DNA of 64,000 nt from Squalus acanthias (lineage: Eukaryota). This document shows positions 37,181 through 50,565 of the stretch, piece by piece. The notes under the pieces are model-generated. The model was not told the DNA's origin. It searched no databases and saw only the letters and a program-made list of their open reading frames with translations. The translations under genes were made by a program, and so were the position numbers. The stretch spans positions 18,168,001 to 18,232,000 of the forward strand of contig CM059433.1 in NCBI GenBank assembly GCA_030390025.1. Reading direction: 5' to 3'. Each line of letters opens with the position of its first letter. The stretch's first letter is position 1.

Positions 37181-40114
37181 GTAAGTCCGTCCAAAAATTG
37201 AAGAAAAGCAAACAGCAGCAACAAAATTGCTGGCTGGGTTTTTTTTTCTCCCTTTGCAGAAAGAAGGTCTTGCACCTATGTGAATTAAAAAGTCAAAATT
37301 GGCTTCAGATTTCGCCGACCCTGAGTGGAGTTTGCAGCGGATGAGAGTCCCGTGTGGACGGCGTACGGTTTTCATGTAGCGTTTCGTGGGGTGGGGAGAA
37401 ACAAATCACAATAGTGTTCAGCTGTCTCTATTGTTCGGCTTGGAAAGTCACATCGTTGCTATGGTTGGGGCACATCCAAAGTTGGCATTTTACCCAGAGG
37501 CAGCGGCTTGTCGGTGCAGGAAGGACGAGCCTTCGTCAAACAGGGCGCTTGTTTCGGCATCGTTATTCACCCCATTCTTTCCAGTTGTTTCCAGTGTTGT
37601 TGAAACTCCCAAATGTGTCGGAGCGCTTAAGTTTGTCATTCAAAACTTCAGTTTTCTCTTGAGTTACAGCCGTCTGCTAAAAGAACTAATACAACCAAAC
37701 AGTTTTCTTTGAAACTTTTCCTAGTTTTCTTTGAAACTTTCCTAGCTTTCTGTACTTCAGGATTTTGCTTTTTTATGCAGTGGAAGCTAGCTACTTAACC
37801 CTTTCCACTATATGGACCCCCTTTGGTTTAGTATTTCAGACAATAAGACTAAAATTGGGCATAATATTAACAGCGGTCAGCTAAAATATGCAGTTTTAAT
37901 TCATAATTGTTCAAGGTGGCGGCATTGCTCAGATATAACTTTGTTATATGCACAATCTAGGGCTCTCCATCTTCTCTACTATATTAAAAAAAATACTTTC
38001 TTTAGTAACCAACATTTTGAAAGCAAAGCATTCTTAACTTATACTGCAGATTACATACAGGGCAAGTATCTTGCAAAAGGAGCTGTGCTGATACTTTCAA
38101 GGTCAGTGCATGTAAGAGATAATGGGCTAAGTCCTATTTTGGATATATGTAGAGCACAGTCAGATCTGGGGTACAAATACAGTACATTTTGAATTGGCCC
38201 CATGGCAGCCTGTCTTCACTGCTAGTTTGGCGGGCATTCTACATGTGTATCGAAAAATGGTTTAGAATTCCGAATGATGGTACGTTTGAATATAGACTTT
38301 GGACTAATGTTTAAGGATTGGATTCTTTAATTAAACTGCTAGACTTTTACCAAATTGGAATAAGTTAGGCTACACCAATAAAATTATTCTGTTGGAAACC
38401 ATTATAATTCCTCAACATTACGATAGATACCATTCGATTTGTATTATTGTATTCTAATGGAAGTAAGTGATAAATGGCAATCACTAAGGTTATAAATTAC
38501 CTAAATCAGCGCCTTTGTTATATACTGTCTGCCACGTTCTCAGTAATTATTATCTGAACTGTTTTTGTTTAGGCTAGAACATTGATCTTTAAAACCCAAT
38601 GTGTCAGTGAATAGGAGCTTGGATGTGTTTTTGTAGAATGTGGAATATTTATACTTGGCATGGTTCTGTGCCATGCTGCTGGGGAGCTGCCAAGTATAGG
38701 CCAAACAATTCCTTAGTTGGAGTGGAAAGGGAAACCTGAATGGTCCAGTGTCCTGGGTTGCATTGACACACCTAATAGCTGGTTATGGAGCGATAATACC
38801 TTTGGAGCAGCTCTTTCATCTACCCTCTCAGTTGGAGTATGATGAATGAAATGTGAAAAGACATAATTTTCAAAAATAGTATTTGAGTTCATTTTCAATT
38901 TGTATTTTGAATAGTTTGTTTGAATTATTTTTGCACACTGTTTAATGTTTTCTGCTAAACGAGAGTCGACAAATAGTCTTCTCCTAGGCTGCTGCTGCTG
39001 ATCTGTAACCAACTTGGTGGAGGTGCATGATGTCGAGTTGTCGGTTGCCCCTTAAAACAAACTCGCCCTGCTTACTGCTTGATGCTCCCTCGCTCGCACA
39101 GTGAGCACCTGATCCCAGTCATGCTGCTATTTTAGTTTTTTGTAAAAAATGTACCTTTTCCCCTCCACCCTGTCTTCCTATTCTACTGCAATGGCAGTTG
39201 AGCAGGTAAACATGAATACAATTTCTGTTTTTAAGAATTATTTACCTCTTTTTTCTTTTTAAAAGGATTGAAATTTTTCTTAAAACTAGTGGAACTCCTT
39301 TACTTGTGTTCATGGTGAGTTAAGAGGATATGATGGAGACAGTGAAGTCAGTAGATAGTCGTAGAGAGATTTGTAATTGGCTATAGCTTTCTGGGAAACA
39401 ATTCAAAAATGTGAGATTTTTTCTTTTGTGCTAAAAGTACATTTTATGTGTAATGCATTTGATACGCAAAATTATTATTTATAAAAAAAATCTTCTCTAA
39501 TCTTGATTATTTTGGCTTTCACACCTTGCATCACTCTCATGGTTGATTCCCAAGTCTCCATAGTTCCAAGATGTCTATCTCTGCTTTAAGATCTAGGTAA
39601 GCTTTTGATAATGTGCCCAGGATAAAACAGCCAAACCCTGTCTGGTAATTGTTTTAAAGCTTCCCATAACAAGTAGACAACCTTCCATCAAGCTCCTCGA
39701 GTAGACCAAATAAGAAGTAAAGTGCGCAACTCTAAGAAGGAAGCTATTTTAAAAAATTTGTTCCTGGGATGTGGGCGTCGCTGGCAAGGCCAGCATTTAT
39801 TGCTCATCCCTAATTGCCCTTGAAAAGGTGGTGGTGAGCCGCCTTCTTGAACCACTGCCTTTTGAAGTGTAGTCACTGTTTTAATTTAGGGAACTTTTAA
39901 GTCCTGAGAGGAATGACTGGGCCTTGGAAGACACCTCCGACATTGCAGAGCTCCATTAGTACAGCACTGGAGTGTCAGCCTGGATTATGTGCTCAAATCT
40001 CTAGAGAGGGACTCGGGTGAGAGTGCTACCCACTAAGCCAAGGCTGACACCAAACAATGTCGAATGGACCGATTCTGACTGGTTCCTTCTCTGAAATATC
40101 TAATTTAAAAAAAA

Positions 40115-41325
40115 TTCATACACAGAATGTGCGCATTGCTGGCAAGGCCTACATTTATTGCCCATCCCTAATTGCCCTTGAGAAGGTGGTGGTGAGCCGC
40201 CACCTTGAACCGCTGCAGTCTGTGTGGTGAAGGTACTCCCACAGTGCTGTTGGGTAAGGAGTTCCAGGATTTTGACCTAGCGACGATAAAAGAATGCCGA
40301 TATATTTCTAAGTCAGGATGGTGTGTGACTTGGAGGGGAACTTGGAGGTGGTTGTGTTCCCATGCATCTGCTGCCCTTAACTTCTAGGTGGTAGAGGTCG
40401 CGGGTTTGGGAGGTGCTGCCGAAGAAACCTTGGTGAGCTGCTACAGTGCATCTTGTAGATGGTACACACTGCAGCCACGGTGCGCCGGTGGTGGAGGGAG
40501 TGAATGCTTAAGGGTGGTGGTTGGGGTGCTGATCAAGCGGGCTGCTTTGTCCTGGATGGTGTTGAGCTTCTTGAGTGTTGTTGGACCTGCACTCATTCAG
40601 GCAAGTGGAGAGTATTCCTCTGACCTGCTCTTATAGCCACAGTATTTATGTGGCTGGTCCAGTTAATTTTCTGGTCAATGGTGACCCCCCCCCCCCCCCA
40701 GGATGTTGATGGTGGGGAATTTGACAATTGTAATGCCATTGAATGTCAAGGGGAGGTGGTTAGACTCTCTTATTGGAGATGGTCATTGCCTGGCACTTGT
40801 GTGGCACGAATCTTACTTGCCACTTATCAGCGCAAGCCAGGATGTTATTATCCTGGTCTTGCTGCATGTGGTCACGGACTGCTTCATTATCTGACCAATT
40901 GCGAATGGAACTGAACACAGTGCAATCATCAGCGAACATCCCACTTCTTACCTTACGTTGGAGGGAAGGTCATTGATGAAGCAGCTGAAGATGTTTGGGC
41001 CTAAGATACTGCCCTGAGGAACTCCTGCAGTGATATCCTGGGGCTGAGATGATTGGCCTCCTACAACCACCACCTTTGTGCTAGATATGACTCCAGCCAG
41101 TGGAGAGTTTTCCCCCTGATCCCCATGGACTTCAATTTTACTCGGGCTCCTTGGTGCCACACTTGGTCAAATGCTGCCTTGATGTCAAGGACAGTCACTC
41201 TCACCTCACTTGGAATTCAGCTCTTTTGTCCATGTTTGGACCAAGGCTGTAATGGGCTCTGAAGCTGAGTGGTCCTGGCAGAACCCAAACTGAGCATCGG
41301 TGAGTAGGTTATTGGTGAGTAAGTG
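40115..41325 (-). mobile_element. LINE family B fragment
   Basis: AGVPQGSILGP...FINDLP on the minus strand. Reverse complement of about 4660-6320. Confidence 0.85.
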
Positions 41326-42669
41326 GCTCCTCATGAGATTTTCTAACTGTCCCCTGATTTACTAGAAAGTATTTTTTCCCTGGAAAAATAATTACTGGGA
41401 CTTCCTAGATTTTGAATATGTCTTCCCCGCCCGCCCCCCCCCCCCCCCTCATAGAAACTGAAGTAATCATAGAGCACTGTTTCAACTTTGAATTATTTCT
41501 CTATCCAACTTATAACTGATAAAACTTAAAACATTGTTTCAAACTAAATTCGCTTCAAGAATCTGGGCTGCTGGCATTTTTTACTAACTGCCGATGTTGT
41601 GTGACTGGATTTTAAAGGGATAGCCACTAACTAAAATGAGACAAAAATAATGAATTTTCATCACTGAGATATATAGTTTATGATAAAATCTATTGTCTAT
41701 ATTAATTTACAAACTTTTATTTTGTATTGCTAGAAACAACATGTAAGGCGTTAACTCACGGGGCCACGCAATGTATTTTTTTTGTAACAAAATCATGAGC
41801 TCATGAGCTCAAGTCAGACAGTTTGGCTGCTAGGTTTTGGTCAAGGTTTGAGTTAATTGCTTACAGAATGATTGTCTGGCCGGTGAATTGGCTCATCATC
41901 AAGGGTCATTATGTGCCCTCCCAAACACCTTATGCCATTGTCAAATATTGCCTATGTTCCTTAATCATTCTTTGATGCACCTTGTTACTTAATGATGTAT
42001 TCTGTTCAATTTGTTGAACATGGCACACGGACCGTCTGGTTACTAGAAGTCTCTTCAGTAAAACATTCCAAGCAATTGATAACCTGTGAATGACTGCTGT
42101 TCTGAGTGAATTTAGAGAGGTGTATGCAGCCACTTCTTACCTTTACCTCTGTATAGGGTTTGGGTTGTATTCCTATGAGGAAACTGTGGCTCAGTCTCCC
42201 TCCAGGTGGGCAGTGAACTGTTCTGAGGCAGTCATGATCTGTCTTTGATCAGTGGGCGAACCTTGCAGCCAAGAGCTACAGGGATATTTGGTTTTAAAGT
42301 CAGTGTCAGTGTAGCCAGAAAGTGGCTAGATTGAGCTTGCAGTATGTGGCCCTGTTTGGAGAGAAATCGAGTGGCATCTATTATTTTATGTTTTCATGGT
42401 GTTATACTGGTAACCTTTTGTTCATCTGTCTTGTATAAATAAAATCACTTGTTGGTGGAAAGCCTTGTGTCTCAGCTTGGTATGAGTGTGCATCCAGTCT
42501 GCTTCTCGTGAAAGGTGAATTAACGTGGAAGCATGTGATTTATTCCCGTAACTTGTATACGGAGTAAGGATTCTCTGTTGTGATCCCGGTGTGTCTATCA
42601 TTTGAATAAATATTGGGCAGGGAAAGGTGCACTTTGGATCATGGGGGTCGCAAAGTCTGCTTAAGGGAC

Positions 42670-42900
42670 TGTTCCCTCTTCAAACCTCTCCGCCACTCTA
42701 CCTCTCTCCTCCTTTAACACACTCCTTAAAACCTACCTCTTTGATCAAACTTTTGGTCATCTGTCCCATTGTCGTCTCCTTTGGCTCAGTGTCAATTTTT
42801 ATTTGTCTGATTACGCTCCTGTGAAGCGCCTTGGAACATTTTACTACATTGAAGGCGCTATATATATTTTTTATACATATATCTTTTATATGCAAGTTGT
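42670..42900 (+). mobile_element. L2 LINE 3' end
   Basis: CTTAAAACCTACCTCTTTGA...GTGAAGCGCCTTGG...GGCGCTATATA tail. Confidence 0.65.
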
Positions 42901-44460
42901 TGTTGATAAGCCTGAAAAAGCATCTGTTGTTATAACCCCAAAACATAGCCTTAATATAGAAAGAGAATGGCTTTAAATACCTGGAAATTCTCTGACCTGT
43001 TTCCACAAGTAATGGCTGATATGTTTATTAAAATGTTACTTGAGATGATGGTAGTGGCAAGTAACTGTTACGAAAACTAGAATGGTATGCTTCGAAAAAC
43101 ATCTCTACCTTGTATAAATCCTGTTGGTCATCCCTTCCTTCACAATACATAAAGAAGGATTATCAAAGTATTCATCCTTGGCACAGAATTATTATACATA
43201 AATATTTCTTTGACATGTGTCACTAATATTTTGTTACATACTTGACTGTTTAACTGCCAAAAATATGCAGCATGTGTGTTACTCATTTATAGTGGATTAG
43301 AATCTTACGACTTTTTGATGAGAATATTTCGGCATGTTTTAAAGATTTAGATCTCAAAGTCGGGTTTTTGTCACGTAAATCCTATAAGTAAAGCACTAAA
43401 CTGTCGGTATTGTCTTACAATGCGTTCAGCTTTAATTGTTTCAACTTTTGAGGAATTATTGTCCTACAAAATAAATTAGCATTCATATTGAAAGTGATAT
43501 AATAAAACTATTAATTGAAAGTTAGTAACATTTTTAAGATCCACAGTTATTTTTATAAATTTGTCTTGATTTCAAAACCTATGCTTTAGTATCAAGTTTT
43601 ATTACTTAATCTCAGCAACATAATGCCATTCAGTTCTAATGGGAGAGGCCGAGGAAAGGTTGTATCGACAGCAGTTGAGTCAGCTGCTTATACTGCAGGT
43701 TACTGATTTCTAAGAAAATCTATAACATTGTTAGTAATGAGGAGTAGTTCACACAGGACTTAGTAAAAGATGCCACATACTGGGTAAACATTTAGGTTTG
43801 GATTTTTTTTGTACTGCTTGTCTCCCTGATTCAACAGCAAGTCATTCTTCAGTTGAGATTGGGAGTTAGTGTTATTTTTTTTCCCCTGTTCTGATGTGAA
43901 TATCTCCGTTTGATCTGAGCGTTTTTTGTTTGTGAATTTGTGCTGCAAAATTTGATCTACAATAACATGTCTGAAGGCCAGGAGGCTGGGAGATGTTTTC
44001 TCATGTACATCTGTTTTACAGACTGCTACTCTGTAATGATGTTGTCAGTCTCAAACTGTGTTGTTTAGGGATTCCATTCGATTATAACCTTGCAAAAATG
44101 AGACAAATAAGTTGTGAAGTAGAGATTGTGTGTAATAGAATTGCATTCTTATCAATATTTGTTGAGATTTTTATCTGGAAAAATCTATTTGGAGCATATC
44201 CCATATTGATCTCTTCACTGGTATTACTGTAACTGCAACACTTGCAGCAATAAACTCTTGTTTTTAGTTTTGTTCACTGTTTACTTCTATAATGACTTTA
44301 AGAATATGCATTTCTGTTTTATACTGTTTGTAGAATACAATGCACATATACAATTTTATTGGTTGGGCAAATTAAGAAAATAGTTCATACTTCTAGCTTT
44401 TTTGGAACTGAATCTGTAAATCAATTACGATAGCAAAATTACGATACCAGTGCTTCCGAC

Positions 44461-45198
44461 ATGTCTTCCTTTTTCCTCAACCGAGGATTCCCCTCTACCG
44501 TGGTCGACACGGCCCTCGACCGTGTCCGTTCTATCTCCCGCACTTCTGCCCTCACCCCTGCCCCTCCCTCCCGGAACCACGATAGAGTTCCCCTTGTCCT
44601 TACCTTTCACCCCACCAGCCTCCACATTCAACGGATCATCCTCCGCCATCTCCAGCGTGATCCCACCACCAAACGCATCTTCCCCTCCCCTCCCCTTTCA
44701 GCATTCCGCAGGGACCACTCCCTCCGCGACACCCTAGTCCACTCCTCTACCACGTCCCGCACCCCTTCCCCTTCGCCCGGCACCTTCCCGTGCAAGCGCA
44801 GGAGATGCAACACATGCCCTTATACCTCCCCTCTTCCCACTGTCCAGGGCCCTAAACACCCCTTCCAGGTGAAACAGCGATTTACTTGTACTTCCTGCAA
44901 TTTAGTATACTGTATTCGCTGCTCACGATGTGGTCTCCTCTACATTGGGGAGACCAAATGCAGATTGGGTGACCGCTTTGCGGAACACCTCCGTTCAGTC
45001 CGTAAGGGGGACCCCGAGCTCCTGGTCGACTGTCACTTTAATTCACCGCTTCACTCCCACTCTGACCTCACCGTCCTCGGCCTATTACACTGTTCCACGG
45101 AAGCGCAGCGTAAGCTCGAGGAACAGCACCTCATCTTTCGTTTAGGCACGCTACAGCCCTCTGGACTCAATATCGAGTTCAACAATTTTAGATCATAA
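44461..45198 (+). CDS. Penelope ORF C-terminus (Cys-rich linker + GIY-YIG endonuclease), RT missing
   Basis: FPCKRRRCNTC, NLVYCIRCSRCGLLYIGET, RFAEH and GLN motifs. Confidence 0.85.
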   Translation: MSSFFLNRGFPSTVVDTALDRVRSISRTSALTPAPPSRNHDRVPLVLTFHPTSLHIQRIILRHLQRDPTTKRIFPSPPLSAFRRDHSLRDTLVHSSTTSRTPSPSPGTFPCKRRRCNTCPYTSPLPTVQGPKHPFQVKQRFTCTSCNLVYCIRCSRCGLLYIGETKCRLGDRFAEHLRSVRKGDPELLVDCHFNSPLHSHSDLTVLGLLHCSTEAQRKLEEQHLIFRLGTLQPSGLNIEFNNFRS

Positions 45199-45471
45199 CC
45201 TTAGCCCCTATCACATTTATATTTTATTTTTTCATCCACCCTTTTATTTGCCCCCCCCCCCCCCCCTTTTTTCCCTCCTAGAAGCTGGCAGCTGTCCTTC
45301 ATTCTGCCAGTGCATTTCACACTTCTTTCAGCCTTAACCTGTCACATTAACACCGCCTCTTGCCTTGAATATCTCTTAATGTCTCTTAATCTCTCCTTTT
45401 GTTCTTTCATCCCCTCCCCCTTTTGCCAGCTTTATCCTTGCCTTAAATCTATTTGATTTCCTGCTGTTTCC

Positions 45472-45507
45472 AGTTCTGATGAAAGGTCTCGACCTGAAAC
45501 GTTAACA
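45472..45507 (+). ncRNA. Minimal hammerhead ribozyme (Penelope family 1)
   Basis: AGTT-CTGATGA-a-AGGTC-tc-GACCT-GAAA-CG-TT-AAC. Confidence 0.75.
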
Positions 45508-46930
45508 CTCTTTCTCTCTCCACGGATGCTGCCTCGCCTGCTGAGTGTTTCCAGCGTTTTCTGCTGTAAATCAATTATTTCATTATTTTGGTGATGAATT
45601 TGATCAGCACATACTTTGGGTATATGCTAAGCAACATGTATGTTGTTCCACCAGCTGTGGGATACTGCAAGCACATTTTTGACTGATTACAAGATATTAC
45701 ATGGTTATCATTTAATGAGTAACTTACCAAAAAAAACTTCTCATTCCCGACAGAGGGGAAATACAGGGGGGTGTGACCAGTTCTTGCACAATCGCCCATG
45801 TCAAAGTGTAATTTTTTTGCATGTTTTGTGCTTCCATCCCTCCCTCTCCATTTCTCTCACCATGTTGGAGGTGCCTGCACTTGTCAGTTAACAATGGACA
45901 TTCCTGGACATACCTCAGAACTCCTGAGTTGAATTGTCTTTTTAATTTTGTTCCCCTCTAACTAACTATATAGACTATGTGGTCGAGTTTCCACTAGTTA
46001 TATCAACGCAATCCAGGCGGAATCTACCAAATCAGTGCAAAAAGATTGTGGTATTTTCACATAAGTGAGTTACGCCCAAAACCACTTGTGCTCGTGTTTT
46101 CCACGATCTTTTAAACTGGTTCAAAAATCACTTTGCCTGAAGCCGGCCCCAGGGCTGCGCCCCCCACCGACTCAAAACTGGCCATGCCCCCAGGTTGTCA
46201 TAATGGAGATGGTGAGTTCTGCTGATCGTGCCTGGTTGGGAGGAGTCGGCCATTTTTTATCTGGGTAAATTCTCAGGTGTGTAAGTAGATTATTGAATTG
46301 ATAGCTGAAGCAGAGGCATTTTTTCTTTAATTTTAAGATTCTTGGAAATAAAAGATGCAATAAATGGAATCTTATTGCCCACATATCTGTATGATTGATA
46401 TTTGGTACTGTACTGATGGCTTGGTAATTAATGCATAAATTATTGCTGTTGGATGTTATCAAAATAAAACATTTGCGCATGTTAATAATGGGTCAGTTGT
46501 TTTATTTTTGTTTTCCTTTCAGATTTTTCTCAGTCAACCATGGGGAAAAAGACCTAAATTGAGTGTAAACTGTACACGCATTTCAAGACCATTTTTTGTA
46601 TTTTGCCAAATGTTGTCCTTTTTTATGTTACACTGCGTGATGCCTCCATAAATGTATAACACAACTTTGTGAACAGGTTATTGCGTATTATGTAAACCCA
46701 ATCTATGTTAACTTGCTTGTCATACCAGTTACCAACTAATTCAACTATCTTGTCATCATCATGTTACTTAAAAATAATACAGCTGGTCTCATTGCGTTAG
46801 GAAATTGGTCATCTGCTACACAGCAGGGCCTTTCTCCGCTTCCTCTATCTGTATTTCCTCAACGGGCTTTATTGTACCTGACGTTCTGAAATACAGCACA
46901 TCACAGAAGGAGCTTGGTGTAGTTGATCTT

Positions 46931-48008
46931 AACATAAGAACATAAGAACATAAGAAATAGGAGCAGGAGTAGGCCAATCGGCCCCTCGAGCCTGCTCCGC
47001 CATTCAATAAGATCATGGCTGATCTGATCCTAACCGCCAATCTACTATCACAGAACCATCTCCTGCATCTAACAGAATTGCACACACGAAATAGGAGCAG
47101 AATCAGGCTACACGGTCCCTGGGCCCGCTCCACTACCCACAGGGCCATGACCGATCCGAACCTAGACTCATGTCCAAATTCCTGCCCGCTCCCCGTAACC
47201 CTTAATGCCCTTTACTTCTAGGAAACTGTCTATTTCTGTTTTAAATTTATTTAATGATGTAGCTTCTACAGCTTTTGTGGCAGCATATTCCATGGACCTA
47301 CCACCCTCTGAGTGAAGTAGTTCCTCCTCATCTCAGTTTTGAAAGAGCAGCCCCTTATTCTAAGACTATGTCCCCTAGTTCTAGTCTCACCCGTCATCGG
47401 GAACATCCTCCCCGCATCCACCCGATCCAACCCCTTCACAATCTTATATGTTTCAATAAGATTGCCTCTCATTCTTCTGAACTCCAATGAGTAGAGTCCC
47501 AATCTACCCAACCTCTCCTCATATGACCACCCCCTCATCCCCGGGATTAACCGAGTGAACCTTTTTTGCACTGCCTCGAGAGCAAGGATGTCTTTCCTTA
47601 AGTAAGGACACCAAAACTGTATGCAGTATTCCAGGTGCGGTCTCACCAATACCTTGTACAACTGAAGCAATACCTCCCTATTTTTATATTCTATCCCCCT
47701 AGCAATGAAAGCCAACATTCCATTTGCCTTCTTAATCACTTGCTGCACCTGCATACTAACCTTTTGAGTTTCGTGCACCAGGACCCCCAGATCCCTTTGC
47801 ACTTCAGTACTCTCCAGTTTCTTGCCATTAAGATAATAAATTGCTCTAGGATTTTTCCTGCCAAAGTGCATCACCTCACACTTTCCAGTGTTGTATTCCA
47901 TCTGCCAAATCTCTGCCCACTTACTTAGCCTGTCTATGTCCCCTTGCAGGTTTTTTATGTCCTCCTCACTCACTACTTTCCCTCCCATCTTAGTATCATC
48001 TGCAAAAT
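46931..48008 (-). mobile_element. 5'-truncated CR1 with a duplicated 3' UTR module
   Basis: 240-aa ORF 47266-47988 and an (ACATAAGA)3 tail. Confidence 0.9.
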
Positions 48009-50295
48009 CAGTGACCTGCCCACTATGGAAAAATATCTGGTGTCCTGTAGTCCAAGGGTATCCAAGAGGCAGATCGTGGACCAGTTGAAACCTGCGAGCT
48101 CCTTTGATTTTGGCCTGTGGAACTCTTGCTGGCTCTTGTCATCTTTCTGTAAACTTGGTGCTTCAACTCTCTAAAGTTGCCAAGGCCTGGAGGACTGCAA
48201 AAAGAATGCAGCCTGATTGGTGAAAATCCACTGTTACAAATTTGGGTTTGCTGCAGGTGTCTACTTGGCTTCAGTGCTCTGTTACTCCCTTAAACAATCT
48301 AGTTGCCTGCTTTCCTGAAAGAAGTTCGTTCCCACTGCCCTGTATCTGCTAGTGCAATAGCAGGATGTAACAGTGAAACTCGCTTGTCATCTGGACCGGA
48401 TCTACAAGTAATCCTTTAATCTCTTCGACGGTGGACCGAGATAACACAAGGCGATACTTCTTTATTCTTTCTTTATGTAAACTTCTTTATTCCATGGTAG
48501 GTAAAATGTACAGAACATTGTGCAAGTGAATTTCATTATTCTCAATCAGTTCAACTTTTGTTTGTGTACTGTTATAAAATTGAAGAACTCGTGTACATTA
48601 GCCCACTTGGGTAGGTCCTTTACTTAGCGTAAACCCACTAACTCTCCCTGACCAGAGCAGGTGGCCTCCTCTTGCCGCCTGTTGCTGCTTGAGACACTGT
48701 TTTGATGTCTGTATTGATTCTTAATAAGTCACTCTCCCATGACCCACAGAGCTCAAAAGATTGTCAACACCACGGTGCTAGATGTCTACCTGACTGGCTT
48801 AACATTGCTAATAAATTGGCCATTGTTTTGGGATCTGTGCAAAACAAATGCTCATCCCACATTTAAATCACCTCCCTCTGTCTTTGGATGGTCAACCTAG
48901 CATGGGGCTTCTAGGGAAACCACTTCCTTTCAGGCAAGCTTCTGCCCAAAACACACCCTTTTGTGGAAAGACAGATGGTTACAGAATCTTGAACGGGCCC
49001 GAGAACTTTAAAGAACTGAAAGTTCCAAGTTTGGGGGTTTTGGTGGAAGATTGCAATGAGAAGAAGTAGTGGGGTGGGGGGTGGGGGGGGCATTGTTTTT
49101 TGAGACTGTGAGGGAATCTTGCCTTGTGTGTAGGGGGTTTCCCTTTTGGGAGTCTTGTTTTTGAGTGCATGGGTGGGGTCTCACTTTGTGTATAAGGGGA
49201 GTTTGCATAATCGCATATGGCCCATTGACTAGTTTTGGCACGTGTATGTGCCCCAGCTCCGAAACGTTGGACTTCTCTACTGTAATTAACACTTATAACC
49301 TCCATGTGTGTAATTGGAATTTGAGCCAAATCTGGGGTACTGAACTTTGGAAAGGTTTTATTATTTTGTTTCAATTTCCCTGAAATGTGCCAGAGATTCT
49401 AAATCTCATCCGTGAGCAAAATCTAGATGTTTATTTTGGAAACTGGCTTACATGTGAAGATGGGGCTTTTCACAGCAATCTCTATATTTTCGGAGGAAGA
49501 CGTGTGGATTTATGCGTTTAAAATAAGAAAATGTTGTATAATATCTATTTATATGCTAGAGAGCATTGTGACTTTCTGTGGGATAAAATAGATGCCGACA
49601 GTTTGTTAAATTTGGAGTAATGTAATTTGAAACATCTCTCTATGGTTGCTGTGGTTTAACAAAATAATGGGTTGAACTAGACCTTGGTCTAAAATTAAGA
49701 CAGTACACGCTGTAATCATTGTTTTGCTTCATTTACTGATAAATGTGACAATTAAATAAATCAAGCAATCAGACTTGTTTATTGCTGTTTGTCAGTATTG
49801 CAATTTGATACAAAGCTGAAGGCTACCAGCATTAGCCAAGAGGTTGCAGTTTCAGAGGGATATTGAAAGGAAGACTTGCATTTATATATGTCTTTTACGA
49901 CTTCAGGGCGCCCCAAAGCGCTTTACAGCCAATTCGGTACTTTTGATGTGTAGTCACTGTTGTAATGTAGGAAACGTTAATACATTGAATGTAAGTGAAG
50001 ACATGTTGATTGAATTGGCTTTATGCAGCATCTTGCCTTGCTGTTTTGCACTTTTTGCAACTTGCATCAACTATGTCACAATTATTTTACTTAGGAGGGA
50101 AACTTTGTAATCGTTATTAGGTTAGTTTAAGGACTTAGAAGACTAGCTTTCAGAAGAATTATTTTTAATAATACTTTGATACAAGTCCTAAGAATAGTGA
50201 TCTACTCTTATGTGTTCTAAAACTAGGAGAGAGCTATGCTTGTCTCTTGTGGCTGCAGAAGGAAAAAAGTAAGTACTCAACCACCAGTACTCAAC

Positions 50296-50565
50296 TACCT
50301 AGAAGGACAAGGGCAGCAGGCGCATGGGAACACCTCCAAGTCTCTCACCCATCCTGACTTGGAAGTATATCGCCGTTCCTTCACCGTCGCTGGGTCAAAA
50401 TCCTGGAACTCCCTCCCTAACAGCACTGTGGGAGTACCTTCACCACACGAACTGCAGTGGTTCAAGAAGGTGGCCCAGCACCACCTTCCCGAGGGCAATT
50501 AGGGATGGGCCATAAATGCTAGCCTTGCCAGCGACGCCCACATCCCATGAACGAATAAAAAAAAG
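50296..50565 (+). mobile_element. LINE family B 3' end
   Basis: ACCTAGAAGGACAAGGGCAGCAG ... ATAAATGCT, followed by an A-rich tail. Confidence 0.8.

Larger units (their letters stand above)
44428..45563 (+). mobile_element. Penelope-like retroelement family 1, 5'-truncated
   Basis: GIY-YIG ORF plus 3' tail. 14-bp TSD CTGTAAATCAATTA at 44414-44427 and 45564-45577. Confidence 0.92.

Noticed and set aside
46523..46680. Exon of the downstream gene (good acceptor TTTTCCTTTCAG, ATG at about 46540)
   Set aside because: The ATG frame stops after five codons, there is no convincing donor and no recognisable protein. It could still be a UTR exon, but I cannot support it.
48450..49385. L1/Tx1-like 3' remnant on the minus strand
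   Set aside because: Only a faint ALW-type motif and T-rich start, too degraded to call without a profile search.
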